NCBI GenBank assembly: GCA_050292965.1
Contig: JBNKMF010000008.1
Span: forward strand, 7,337 to 71,336
DNA length: 64,000 nt
DNA from: Gammaproteobacteria bacterium
GTDB taxonomy: Bacteria; Pseudomonadota; Gammaproteobacteria; GCA-001735895
Direction: 5' to 3'
Shown: positions 8,548 to 17,828 of the stretch, in pieces
How the letters are laid out: each line of letters starts with the position of its first letter
Position numbering within the stretch: the first letter of the stretch is position 1
Position numbers and translations under genes: made by a program
Notes under the pieces: generated by a model
Databases searched by the model: none
What the model saw: only the letters and a program-made list of their open reading frames with translations
Told to the model about the DNA's origin: nothing

Positions 8548-9717
8548 ATGACCAGTCAGCTCGAAAGAATTAAGGTACTAAGCGCTGGCATCCTCAGCCT
8601 GATTCTTACCCTCGGAATTGCGCGCTTTTCCTATACCCCCTTGCTACCACTCATGCAGCAGCAGGCTGGCCTGGGCATATCCGATGGAGGCTGGTTAGCC
8701 GCATTTAATTACATGGGTTATTTATGTGGCGCACTTGTCACTTCATTAATCAGTAATTTGATTTTAAAAGACCGTTTATTTCGAGCCGGCTTGATCGTTG
8801 CTGTGCTTACAACTGTAGGCATGGGCCTCACCAATGAATTGTGGATCTGGGGTTTGTTACGATTTTTTGCCGGTCTTAGTAGTGCAGCCGGATTATTACT
8901 GGGTTCTGGGCTAATCCTTAACTGGTTGATTCGTCATGAGCATAGAAGTGAACTGGGGATTCACTTTGCGGGTGTTGGTCTGGGCATTGCTTTTTGTGCC
9001 ATAGTCGTTGAATTAATGATGCAGTCTCTCGACTGGCGTAATCTCTGGCTCCTATTTAGTATTCTGGGCAGTCTTATGCTAATACCTGCATGGCTCTGGT
9101 TACCTGCACCGGATACAACCTCTGTGACACGTAACGGTGGCAGTATGCACGATAATCCACCCGGCAGCACATTCCTAAAAATATTTATCATGGCATACTT
9201 TTGTGCCGGCGTTGGCTATGTAGTCAGTGCCACCTTTATTGTTGCTATTGTGGACCAGCTCCCCGGACAGCAGGGCAAGGGTACATTTACCTTCATGTTA
9301 TTAGGTCTGGCTGCAGCACCTGCCTGCATTATCTGGGATTTAATCGCACGTAAATTGGGCGATATCAATGCATTGATGGCTACCTTTATAATTCAGATCA
9401 TCGCAATTATACTGCCTGCAATCACTAGTAATCCCTGGTTGATATATCTCAGTGCCATTTTGTTTGGCGCTACCTTTATCGGCCTGGTGAGTCTGGTGTT
9501 AACCATGGCCGGACGCTATTACCCCACGCGTCCAGCTAAGATGATGGGTAAGATGACAATATCCTACGGAATCGCTCAGATTGCCGCACCCGCGATTACC
9601 GGTCTGCTGGCTGAATATGGCGATGGTAGCTATAGCCAGGGCCTTTATCTGGCAGCATTTATGATGATGATTGGTACTCTGCTGATGCTTCGTTTGAAAC
9701 TGCTAGCCGATAAATAA
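8548..9717 (+). CDS. MFS transporter, YbfB/YjiJ family
   Basis: Multi-TM ORF. 'GIARFSYTPLLPLMQQQAGLGISDGGWLAAFNYMGYLCGAL' is typical of the family. The start is placed at internal ATG 8548 because the ORF-track start at 8467 runs into the purT remnant. Confidence 0.75.
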   Translation: MTSQLERIKVLSAGILSLILTLGIARFSYTPLLPLMQQQAGLGISDGGWLAAFNYMGYLCGALVTSLISNLILKDRLFRAGLIVAVLTTVGMGLTNELWIWGLLRFFAGLSSAAGLLLGSGLILNWLIRHEHRSELGIHFAGVGLGIAFCAIVVELMMQSLDWRNLWLLFSILGSLMLIPAWLWLPAPDTTSVTRNGGSMHDNPPGSTFLKIFIMAYFCAGVGYVVSATFIVAIVDQLPGQQGKGTFTFMLLGLAAAPACIIWDLIARKLGDINALMATFIIQIIAIILPAITSNPWLIYLSAILFGATFIGLVSLVLTMAGRYYPTRPAKMMGKMTISYGIAQIAAPAITGLLAEYGDGSYSQGLYLAAFMMMIGTLLMLRLKLLADK

Positions 9718-9721
9718 GCGG

Positions 9722-10630
9722 TCAAATCTCAGGTATATGCCTGATTCGTTCACGGTGAAGGATATACAGCCCGCTAGCAACCAGTATCGCTGCTCCAGCC
9801 CAGGTAGTGGGCAGTGGGATATCATCAAACAGTAACCAGCCCAGCAGTGTTGCAGCAATCAACTCAGAGTATTGGAAGGGGGCCAGAATAGAAGCGTCAG
9901 CATGTCGAAATGCTGAAGTAACCACCAGATGCCCAATCGCGGCCAGAAGGCCAACCAGACCCAGGCGCCACCATTGCCACACCTCGGGCCAGGCCAGATG
10001 AAAAATTTCGAATTCAAAAGGCTGCATCCCGAAAACAAACAACAGAGTTAAAGTAGTGCCGAATATCCCGGAATAGAATTGCATGGTCAAAGGCTTGATG
10101 CCACCACCTTCACCGCTACGCGCGAGTTTGCGTGTATACATCAGGTAGAATGAGAAACCCAGTGCAGTGAGTAGCGGCAGGAAGGTGCGCCAGCCAAATA
10201 GCTCATGCCCCGGCTGGATGATAATGACTGCACCCGAAAAACCCACCGCCACTGCAAGCAATCGATGCCAGCCAACGACTTCGTTCAAAATCCACGGCGC
10301 TAACAGGGTGACCAGCAATGGCATGACAAAAAAGATCGCCAGCGCATCAGCAATAGGCATCACCTGTATGGCAGTAAAGAAACACAGAGTGGCAAAGAAC
10401 AGGCTGAAGGATCGCTTTATATGTAAGATCAATTCATTGCCTTTGGGGATATATAAGGTTTTCCAAACCAGCGGCAACAGGAACAGGCTTTGAAATGCGA
10501 AACGCGCTAACACGATCAAACTGGAAGCAATGCTTTCACCCATCGACTTGGCAGCCGCATCCATCATTGGAAGAATGATACAGCCAAGAAGCATTAACTG
10601 AATACCACGTGTTTGATTCTGATACTGCAT
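9722..10630 (-). CDS. DMT-superfamily (EamA-like) transporter
   Basis: 302 aa with about 10 hydrophobic segments and a two-fold EamA-like organisation. Confidence 0.75.
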   Translation of the reverse strand: MQYQNQTRGIQLMLLGCIILPMMDAAAKSMGESIASSLIVLARFAFQSLFLLPLVWKTLYIPKGNELILHIKRSFSLFFATLCFFTAIQVMPIADALAIFFVMPLLVTLLAPWILNEVVGWHRLLAVAVGFSGAVIIIQPGHELFGWRTFLPLLTALGFSFYLMYTRKLARSGEGGGIKPLTMQFYSGIFGTTLTLLFVFGMQPFEFEIFHLAWPEVWQWWRLGLVGLLAAIGHLVVTSAFRHADASILAPFQYSELIAATLLGWLLFDDIPLPTTWAGAAILVASGLYILHRERIRHIPEI

Positions 10631-10747
10631 GCCAATATGTTTTCGGTATAATCAAAACCGGAATGTAATTCAGCACAGCAACACAAACAAGCATTATTAT
10701 TAATTTTCTATTCGCCGCTGCTCTGGCCCCAAAATACAGGAAATATC

Positions 10748-11590
10748 ATGCAACGACCCGATGATACCGACAGTCGCAGATCGCCCCAGCCCATTATGTG
10801 TTACAGGGTAGAGAAGTTACCCGCGCCTGATATGGACCTCTATCAACAGGCGCGTAGCCAGTTGAGTAAAATCGATGAAATCATCGTTCCGCCTCGTGAT
10901 GCCAAAGCCTTTGCGATTCCGGCTGGACATTTTTTTCGCATTAATAGTGTACAAGGGCCTCAGGTAGGTGACCTTAACCTGTGGAATCGACATGATTTAA
11001 ACGAACGCTTTTTCAGCGGCAAAACCCGCCAGCTACATGCCAGTCATATTACACGTGGTCATCGGCTGTGGAGCAACCTGCCGCATCTGCGACCACTAGC
11101 CACCATTACTCACGACAGCCTTGAATGGTATGGCTGGGATGAGGATGGTGCTGGCGTGCACGATGTCATCGGCACCCGTTGCGATCCCTATACCAATCGG
11201 ATGTTGAATGCTGTAGATTACCATCACTGCTGTCATTCCAACCTGACACGAGCGCTGGCTGAATTCACAAAAATGTCACTGGCTGTAGCAGAGACTCATG
11301 TACACGATGTGCTGAATGTATTCATGTGTACTGGTTTCACGCAGGATACGCATCAGTATTTCATGAAAGCCAGTCCCGTAAGACCTGGCGACTACATCGA
11401 GTTTTTTGCAGAAATTGACCTGCTTGCTGCATTGTCGGCCTGTCCGGGTGGCGACTGTGGCAGTAGTCATAGTGATGACAACACGGCCTGTTATCCTCTG
11501 CAGGTTGAGATCTTTAAATCCAGCCACCCAGGGCTGGACAACTGGCAATCACCGACGGCCAGTGCCTATCAGGGTAATCACGGTATTTGA
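10748..11590 (+). CDS. DUF1989 (urea-carboxylase-associated family) protein
   Basis: 'VPPRDAKAFAIPAGHFFRINSVQGPQVGDLNLWN...FFSGKTRQLH..H...G..LWS' matches my recollection of DUF1989. Confidence 0.6.
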   Translation: MQRPDDTDSRRSPQPIMCYRVEKLPAPDMDLYQQARSQLSKIDEIIVPPRDAKAFAIPAGHFFRINSVQGPQVGDLNLWNRHDLNERFFSGKTRQLHASHITRGHRLWSNLPHLRPLATITHDSLEWYGWDEDGAGVHDVIGTRCDPYTNRMLNAVDYHHCCHSNLTRALAEFTKMSLAVAETHVHDVLNVFMCTGFTQDTHQYFMKASPVRPGDYIEFFAEIDLLAALSACPGGDCGSSHSDDNTACYPLQVEIFKSSHPGLDNWQSPTASAYQGNHGI

Positions 11591-11699
11591 TGAGCTCTCT
11601 ACCAGTCTCTGCTATCTGACCAAATACCTGTGGCTCTAGTCACAACAGTGATCTACAGTTAACATCTCAGCATTGATATCTTGAATTGAGGTTTAAGCC

Positions 11700-12698
11700 A
11701 TGATGATACAAACACCGTATTTATTATTCCTCGGCGATGCGGCCGACCCGCTTGCTGCCAAGGTTGCTCAGGGTATCTGTGACTGGCGACCAGAAAATGC
11801 TTTAGGCCAGTATCGCATGCCAGGCTGTAATGCTGATCTGGGCCTGCAGGATATGACTATCACAGAAGCGGTAGCTGCGGGTGCCAAAACTCTGGTTATC
11901 GGCGTGGCTAATCGCGGCGGGGTAATTTCCAAAGCCTGGATTGAAATTCTGCAGGATGCACTGGCTCAGGGGATGGATATTGCAGCCGGATTACATAATA
12001 AACTGATCGATGTCCCCGAGCTTAAAGCAGACGCCAGGCGACTGGACCGTCAGTTATTCGATGTACGCCATCCCACACAAAACTTTGACGTTGCTGCGGG
12101 GGTTAAACGACCCGGTAAACGTCTGCTGCCGGTAGGTACCGACTGTTCCTGTGGCAAGATGTACACAGCCCTCGCGATTGAAAAAGAAATGCACCAGCGC
12201 GGTATGAAAGCTGATTTTCGTGCTACCGGTCAAACCGGAATACTGATTACCGGCAGAGGTGTATCAGTCGATGCGGTAGTAGCTGATTTTATCTCCGGCG
12301 CCGTAGAGTGGCTAAGCCCGGCAAACGACCCGGATCACTGGGATGTAGTAGAAGGACAGGGTTCGCTATTCCATGCCTCTTTTGCTGGCGTGACTATAGG
12401 TCTAATCCACGGTGCTCAGCCCGATGCACTGGTGCTATGTCATGAACCGACGCGTACTCACATGCGCGGGCTACCCACCTTCCCGCTACCCAGTCTTGAA
12501 GATGCGATGGATGCTGCACTGCGGGCTGCAAGGCTCACCAACCCGGATGCAAAATTTGTCGGTATTGCGGTGAATACCTCAAAGATGTCCGAACAGGAAG
12601 CCGAAGACTATATAAAGGCTACCGAACAGATACATGGCCTGGTGACGGTAGACCCAGTACGTCAGGGCGTGGCTCGTATCGTTGATCAGCTTAGTTAA
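11700..12698 (+). CDS. dgcN: DUF1611-family protein, DgcN-like (D-glutamate N-acetyltransferase candidate)
   Basis: The N-terminus 'TPYLLFLGDAADPLAAKVAQGICDWRPE' is characteristic of DUF1611. A dipeptide-epimerase-like gene follows immediately, as in dgcN-dgcA pairs. Confidence 0.6.
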   Translation: MMIQTPYLLFLGDAADPLAAKVAQGICDWRPENALGQYRMPGCNADLGLQDMTITEAVAAGAKTLVIGVANRGGVISKAWIEILQDALAQGMDIAAGLHNKLIDVPELKADARRLDRQLFDVRHPTQNFDVAAGVKRPGKRLLPVGTDCSCGKMYTALAIEKEMHQRGMKADFRATGQTGILITGRGVSVDAVVADFISGAVEWLSPANDPDHWDVVEGQGSLFHASFAGVTIGLIHGAQPDALVLCHEPTRTHMRGLPTFPLPSLEDAMDAALRAARLTNPDAKFVGIAVNTSKMSEQEAEDYIKATEQIHGLVTVDPVRQGVARIVDQLS

Positions 12699-12707
12699 CC
12701 ATCATCC

Positions 12708-13688
12708 ATGATTGAACTTAAAGTTTCTGCCGAATCCTGGCCGATACGAGGCAAGTTTACCATTTCGCGTGGAGCCAAAACCGAGGCCAGGGTGGTCGTG
12801 GTCGAGCTTCGCGATGGAGCTTACCGTGGCTTTGGCGAATGTGTTCCTTATGCACGTTATGGTGAAAGCTGCGAATCGGTTATCGCACAAATAGAAGCGC
12901 TTGCTGATGATATCCGTCAGGGAATGGATCAACAGCAACTGCAATCCCGGCTAACCCCTGGCGCAGCACGTAATGCGGTGGATTGTGCGTTGTGGGATTT
13001 ACAGGCCCGGCGTAGTGGTCAACGAGTAGCAGATATTCTCCAGCGAGGAGAATTAAAGCCCTTAACCACTGCATATACCTTATCACTGGATAGCCCTGAA
13101 AATATGCATCAGGCCGCGCTGGATAATGCCTTTCGCCCCTTGCTAAAACTTAAACTGGCGGGTGAGGGAGATATCGAAAGGGTTCAGGCAGTACACACTG
13201 CAGCACCCAATGCCCAACTCATCGTTGATGCCAATGAAGGCTGGGATGCCGAAAGTTATCAACGCATGGTGCCGCAACTACAGGAACTGGGCGTCAGCAT
13301 GATCGAACAGCCACTGCCTGCTGGAAACGACGAATTGCTGCGCTCAGTAGAAAGACCTATAACAATCTGTGCCGATGAATCCTGCCATGCCAGCGATTCG
13401 CTAGCGGACATAGTCGGGAAATACGATATGATCAATATCAAGCTAGACAAAACCGGTGGTCTTACCGAGGCTCTTAAGCTGCGAAAAGCCGCTGAAGAAC
13501 AGGGTTTACAGATCATGGTGGGATGCATGCTGGCGACTTCCATGGCCATGGCTCCTGCCATGCTGGTGGCACAGGATGTCGCCATTGTAGATCTGGATGG
13601 GCCATTGTTACTGGAACGTGACCGACAACCCGGCCTGAAATTCAGTGACAACCTGATCTACCCGCCGGAAGCTGAATTATGGGGTTAA
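12708..13688 (+). CDS. dgcA: enolase-superfamily dipeptide-epimerase-like protein, DgcA-like (N-acetyl-D-glutamate racemase candidate)
   Basis: MLE-subgroup signatures: 'LKLKLAG' (KxK), 'DANEGW', 'IEQPL', 'ADESC', 'INIKLDKTGG'. Starts 10 nt after the DUF1611 gene. Confidence 0.6.
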   Translation: MIELKVSAESWPIRGKFTISRGAKTEARVVVVELRDGAYRGFGECVPYARYGESCESVIAQIEALADDIRQGMDQQQLQSRLTPGAARNAVDCALWDLQARRSGQRVADILQRGELKPLTTAYTLSLDSPENMHQAALDNAFRPLLKLKLAGEGDIERVQAVHTAAPNAQLIVDANEGWDAESYQRMVPQLQELGVSMIEQPLPAGNDELLRSVERPITICADESCHASDSLADIVGKYDMINIKLDKTGGLTEALKLRKAAEEQGLQIMVGCMLATSMAMAPAMLVAQDVAIVDLDGPLLLERDRQPGLKFSDNLIYPPEAELWG

Positions 13689-13713
13689 CTTTGAATATTA
13701 TGGAGATCAAACA

Positions 13714-14568
13714 ATGAATCGTATTGTTTACGTAAATGGCGAATACCTGCCTGAAGACGAGGCTAAGATCTCGGTATTCGACCGGGGTTTTCTATTTGCC
13801 GATGGGGTTTATGAGGTAACCTCGGTGCTTAAGGGGCAGTTAATCGAGAACACAGGGCATCTGGCGCGCCTGCATCGCTCGCTGAAAGAACTGGATATGG
13901 CTGCACCCGCCAGCGATGGTGATATTGAACATATCCAGAACAAGCTGATCGAAAAAAACCATATCGATCAGGGACTCGTTTACCTACAGGTGACACGCGG
14001 TGCCGCTGATCGTGACTTTGCCTATCCTAAAGGCGTTCCTTCATCACTGGTGATGTTTACCCAGAAAAAAAATATTACTGAAAACCCTCTGGCTGAAAGC
14101 GGCATGTCTGTTATTTCGGTACCTGATATTCGCTGGCAACGTCGTGATATCAAAACTGTTGGCTTACTAGCACCCTGTATGGCAAAGATGGAAGCCAAGC
14201 ATGCAGGAGCAGACGATGCCTGGCTGGTGGAAGATGGATACGTCACAGAAGGGAGTTCTAACAATGCCTATATTATCGATGCCAATGGCACATTGGTGAC
14301 ACGACATCTGGGACATGAGATTCTGGCAGGGATTACTCGTAAAGCAGTGCTGGAACTTGCAGCAGAGCAGGATATAAAGATTGAGGAGCGCTTGTTTAGT
14401 ATGGAGGAGGCTTATGCGGCACGGGAAGCGTTTATTACCTCGGCGACTACGTTTGTGATGCCGGTGACGAGTATTGATGGGAAAGCGGTTGGGGATGGGA
14501 AGCCTGGGAAGCTGACACTTCGGTTGAGGGAGATTTATATTAGGACTATGCTGGAGTCGATTGCGTAG
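13714..14568 (+). CDS. dat: D-amino-acid (D-alanine) aminotransferase, PLP fold type IV
   Basis: 'VYVNGEYLPEDEAKISVFDRGFLFADGVYEV' and 'EGSSNNAYII', 284 aa. Confidence 0.8.
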   Translation: MNRIVYVNGEYLPEDEAKISVFDRGFLFADGVYEVTSVLKGQLIENTGHLARLHRSLKELDMAAPASDGDIEHIQNKLIEKNHIDQGLVYLQVTRGAADRDFAYPKGVPSSLVMFTQKKNITENPLAESGMSVISVPDIRWQRRDIKTVGLLAPCMAKMEAKHAGADDAWLVEDGYVTEGSSNNAYIIDANGTLVTRHLGHEILAGITRKAVLELAAEQDIKIEERLFSMEEAYAAREAFITSATTFVMPVTSIDGKAVGDGKPGKLTLRLREIYIRTMLESIA

Positions 14569-14669
14569 TTGGAGGGTATACTGTCATTGTGTACCAAGGG
14601 CATAAACTTCGCGCGGCTGGAGTGCTACAGGGATGTAATCTCAACGGTGATAGTTAATTTCTGAATTAT

Positions 14670-15069
14670 GGTTTCACACGCCCTGGCTTTCCTTACTTCG
14701 TAGCATCTTCCTAACCGGCGTGCGAGCCCCTTTTTTGTTTGGCCAAAAAAGAGGCGCAAAAAAGGCCACCCCACCTACCCCTTGATTATTCCGGGACTCC
14801 TTCCCTCCACCCTTCGGGCCGCACTGAGTGCGTTCAAAAATGTTCCAGACATTTTTGTCGTCAAAATGGCATCCATGCCATTTGACCCCACTCTGAATAA
14901 CATTTTGCCCATCGCCCTTATTGAGTGTCGGAAATTGAGTCATTTTGCAGGGTCAGCGCACACGGACGTGCGCTGAGGACCGTAGAGCAGGAGCGATTCC
15001 CAGTGAAAAGGGGCTCGCACGCTTACTCGATTACTACTACGAAGCAAGGAAAGCCGAAGCGTGTCAAAC
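14670..15069. repeat. roughly 400-bp structured intergenic element with roughly 65-bp imperfect inverted arms (MITE-like)
   Basis: Left arm 14670-14734 against right arm 15007-15069. 'gcgtgcgagcccctttt' matches the reverse complement of 'aaaaggggctcgcacgc' perfectly (17 bp). 'gtttcacacgccctggctttccttacttcgtag' matches the reverse complement of 'ctacgaagcaaggaaagccgaagcgtgtcaaac' with a few mismatches. A truncated copy lies at 1668-1905. Confidence 0.75.
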
Positions 15070-15227
15070 AATAATCCGGTAAGTTGCTAACAAGCAAGAT
15101 TGCCACGCTTACGCTCGCAATGACACACTCTCTCAAAACGTAAACTACCCTCTCAGCAAGTAAAAAATAAACAGCATCATCTGCAAAAAAAGGTTAAATT
15201 ATCCATCCCCAAAAGAGGAAAACCACT

Positions 15228-16202
15228 ATGACAAAAGCCATACGAATTCATAAAACCGGCGGTACCGAAGTACTCAAATGGGAAGATATCGAAGTGGGCC
15301 AACCCGCTGCAGGCCAGGTAAAACTCAAACAAACCGCCTGTGGGCTCAATTATATAGACGTTTATGGTAGATCCGGCCTCTACCCGGTAGGCGAATTACC
15401 CGCCATTCTGGGCATGGAAGCAACAGGTATCATCACTGAACTCGGTGATGGCGTAAATTCATTTAAAATTGGCGATAGAGTCGCCTACCCCATGAGCCTT
15501 GGGGCATACGCCGAAGAACGCCTGATTGATGCTGAGAAACTGTGCAAGGTTCCCGAAAATATCGATGACCAAACTGCCGCTGCCATGATGCTAAAAGGAC
15601 TGACTGCCCATTACCTGTTATTTAGAACCTATCCCGTCAAACCAGGCGATAGCATCCTGGTGTACGCAGCCGCTGGCGGTGTGGGATTAATCCTTTGCCA
15701 ATGGGCAAAACTATTAGGTGCCATAGTTATTGGATGCGTTGGCTCTGCAGAAAAGGCTAAGCTTGCACGTGCCAATGGTTGCGATCATATCATCATGTAT
15801 CGTGATGAAGATATCCCTACACGGGTTGCCGAAATTACTAATGGGGAAGGGGTTGCTGTAGCTTATGACTCGATAGGTCAGGCAACTTTCGAGGCTTCGC
15901 TGGATTCTTTGCGTCCATTTGGTGTATTGGCTACCTATGGTAACGCTAGCGGCCCGGTGGAAGCATTTAATCCTGGCATTCTGGCTCCCAGGGGTTCACT
16001 GTATGTCACACGCCCTACTCTGGCTACACATATTGCTAGCAAGGAATTATTTTTAGAAGGTGCCAATCGTTTGATGAGTGTGGTGGCCAGTGGTGACGTG
16101 AAGATTCATGTCAATCAAACTTTTGCCTTGTCTGATTGTGCCGCAGCTCATCGTGCGCTGGAAGGTCGGCAAACCAGCGGCTGTACGGTTTTGACGGTAT
16201 AA
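15228..16202 (+). CDS. qor: NADPH:quinone oxidoreductase (zeta-crystallin/MDR family)
   Basis: 324 aa with 'AAGGVG' nucleotide-binding motif and MDR-family layout. Confidence 0.8.
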   Translation: MTKAIRIHKTGGTEVLKWEDIEVGQPAAGQVKLKQTACGLNYIDVYGRSGLYPVGELPAILGMEATGIITELGDGVNSFKIGDRVAYPMSLGAYAEERLIDAEKLCKVPENIDDQTAAAMMLKGLTAHYLLFRTYPVKPGDSILVYAAAGGVGLILCQWAKLLGAIVIGCVGSAEKAKLARANGCDHIIMYRDEDIPTRVAEITNGEGVAVAYDSIGQATFEASLDSLRPFGVLATYGNASGPVEAFNPGILAPRGSLYVTRPTLATHIASKELFLEGANRLMSVVASGDVKIHVNQTFALSDCAAAHRALEGRQTSGCTVLTV

Positions 16203-16271
16203 GCATACCTGAATACTGCTGATGCCCAGCTAATTTACCGCATTTAAAAATGCACTCACCACAGATTAGGG

Positions 16272-16385
16272 CAGGATGCCCGTAATTAGAGCAACGCAGG
16301 ACGCCTGAAGTGATTTAGGTGTTAGGGCAAAGCAGGAAGCCAGAGCCGAGCGGTAGCCGAGAGCACGGAGGACACAGAGAGGAGA
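16272..16385. repeat. purine/GC-rich intergenic repeat fragment (same family as 50859-50985)
   Basis: Begins 'caggatgcccg' and carries 'aagcaggaagccagagccgag' about 58 nt later. 50859 begins 'caggatgtacg' and carries 'aagcagaaagcccgagccgag' about 62 nt later. Confidence 0.5.
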
Positions 16386-16512
16386 ATTTATACAGATTAT
16401 TACCCTTTTGATACTTTGGAAATCTTCTGAAACTAAAGATGGACTTTTGTACTCTGTGATTAAAAGGTTCTAATTATTAAAACAGCCGAAACTTAACAAC
16501 AATCAAGAAAGC

Positions 16513-16854
16513 TTAAGCCCGCACGAGATACAGGCTGTCGTTACGAATTTCTACCTCAAGCTGATACAGAGAATCACCTGCACAGGGACCAAATACACAA
16601 AGCCCGCTTTGTATGTCAAATCGGGCATCATGTACTGCGCACTGGATCAGCGCTGAATCTGCATCCAGAAATTGATGCTCGACCCAGTCAAGTGGTGCAC
16701 CGGTATGTGGACACTGATTGCGGTACGCAAAAAACTGCCCATCTTTATGTACTACAAACCCTTCAATTGTCTTATCGCCAACCTTGATGCTAAAGCCTCG
16801 ACTCGCAGGATCATTTATATCGCTTATCTGGCAGATATATAACTCTTCATTCAT
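16513..16854 (-). CDS. Rieske [2Fe-2S] domain protein
   Basis: 'CPHTGAPLD' and 'CAVHDARF' give the CxH...CxxH Rieske ligands. Confidence 0.85.
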   Translation of the reverse strand: MNEELYICQISDINDPASRGFSIKVGDKTIEGFVVHKDGQFFAYRNQCPHTGAPLDWVEHQFLDADSALIQCAVHDARFDIQSGLCVFGPCAGDSLYQLEVEIRNDSLYLVRA

Positions 16855-17734
16855 CGATAAGTTCCGGATTGAAATTCATGCCTTGATACTGGACCTTACT
16901 GGCTGCGAGCTTATTAGCAAAGGTCAGCGCCTGGTAAAACGTCTGTTGCTGACTTAATCGACTAATTAATCCCGCAATAAAGCAATCACCTGCGCCTATG
17001 CTATCAACTACTTTATCAACGGCTATGGCTTTTATTTCTATAATTTCACTCTGTTCATTTCGTGCGATCAGGCCATTACTTCCCTGCGTAAACACCATTT
17101 TTATGTGGGGGTTTATCTGTGAAAATTCATCCATGCAAGTCTCTGCACTCATTTGCCGCTGCCTTAGATAGTCGTTGGAAACAATCACCACATTGACATA
17201 CGGCAACAGGCCTTCGATGTGTTCGCGTGGTTTTTCTATTTCCAGTGAAATAGTAGCCTCACAGCGATCTTGAAATTCAGGCAGGTATTCAAGCAACACC
17301 GGGGTATTTCTACCCTCAAAATGTATCCATTGAAAGGCATCTGTCTGTATCAGCTTTAGCTGCTCTAGTGAAAGTTCGGGTAAATCACGATAGTGACAAA
17401 TGGTTCTGCTACCATTTTGGGTGTTGAGCCAGATACTGGATAAAGGTGTGATACTGTCTTTTATCGCTGGGCATTGTGCAATCTGGATACCCTTAGCTTC
17501 TAACTGATGGCGTAACCAGTTCGCCTCAGCATCATCGGCCAACTGTGTCATCAACTCAACTTGATGGCACAGTTGGGCCAGGATACTAGCCGTATTGCAG
17601 GCATTACCGCCTGCTTGCTGCCAACGTTCCTGAGCACGAAATTCAGCATCCTCATGTGGAAATTGATCAATTTTCCAGATCTGGTCCAGAATGCAATTGC
17701 CTACTATGAGGACTTTGGGCAGATTAGATTGCAA
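16847..17734 (-). CDS. PfkB-family sugar kinase (ketohexokinase/ribokinase-like)
   Basis: 'GGNACNTA' and C-terminal 'GAGDCFIAGL' motifs. Its stop overlaps the Rieske start (ATGAATGA). Confidence 0.75.
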   Translation of the reverse strand: MQSNLPKVLIVGNCILDQIWKIDQFPHEDAEFRAQERWQQAGGNACNTASILAQLCHQVELMTQLADDAEANWLRHQLEAKGIQIAQCPAIKDSITPLSSIWLNTQNGSRTICHYRDLPELSLEQLKLIQTDAFQWIHFEGRNTPVLLEYLPEFQDRCEATISLEIEKPREHIEGLLPYVNVVIVSNDYLRQRQMSAETCMDEFSQINPHIKMVFTQGSNGLIARNEQSEIIEIKAIAVDKVVDSIGAGDCFIAGLISRLSQQQTFYQALTFANKLAASKVQYQGMNFNPELIDE

Positions 17735-17828
17735 AATTGCTCCGCTTTAACTGGAAACCTGTATTATAGGATCTACAATCAACATATCTATTCGCTTTCC
17801 CTCAATCATACATTTAACAGGTAACCCA

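Noticed and set aside
14674-14976. 89-aa minus-strand and 64-aa plus-strand ORFs inside the 14670-15069 element.
   Set aside because: They are chance ORFs in a GC-rich inverted-repeat element. They overlap each other on opposite strands, and their low-complexity Gly/Pro/Lys-rich translations are not protein-like.
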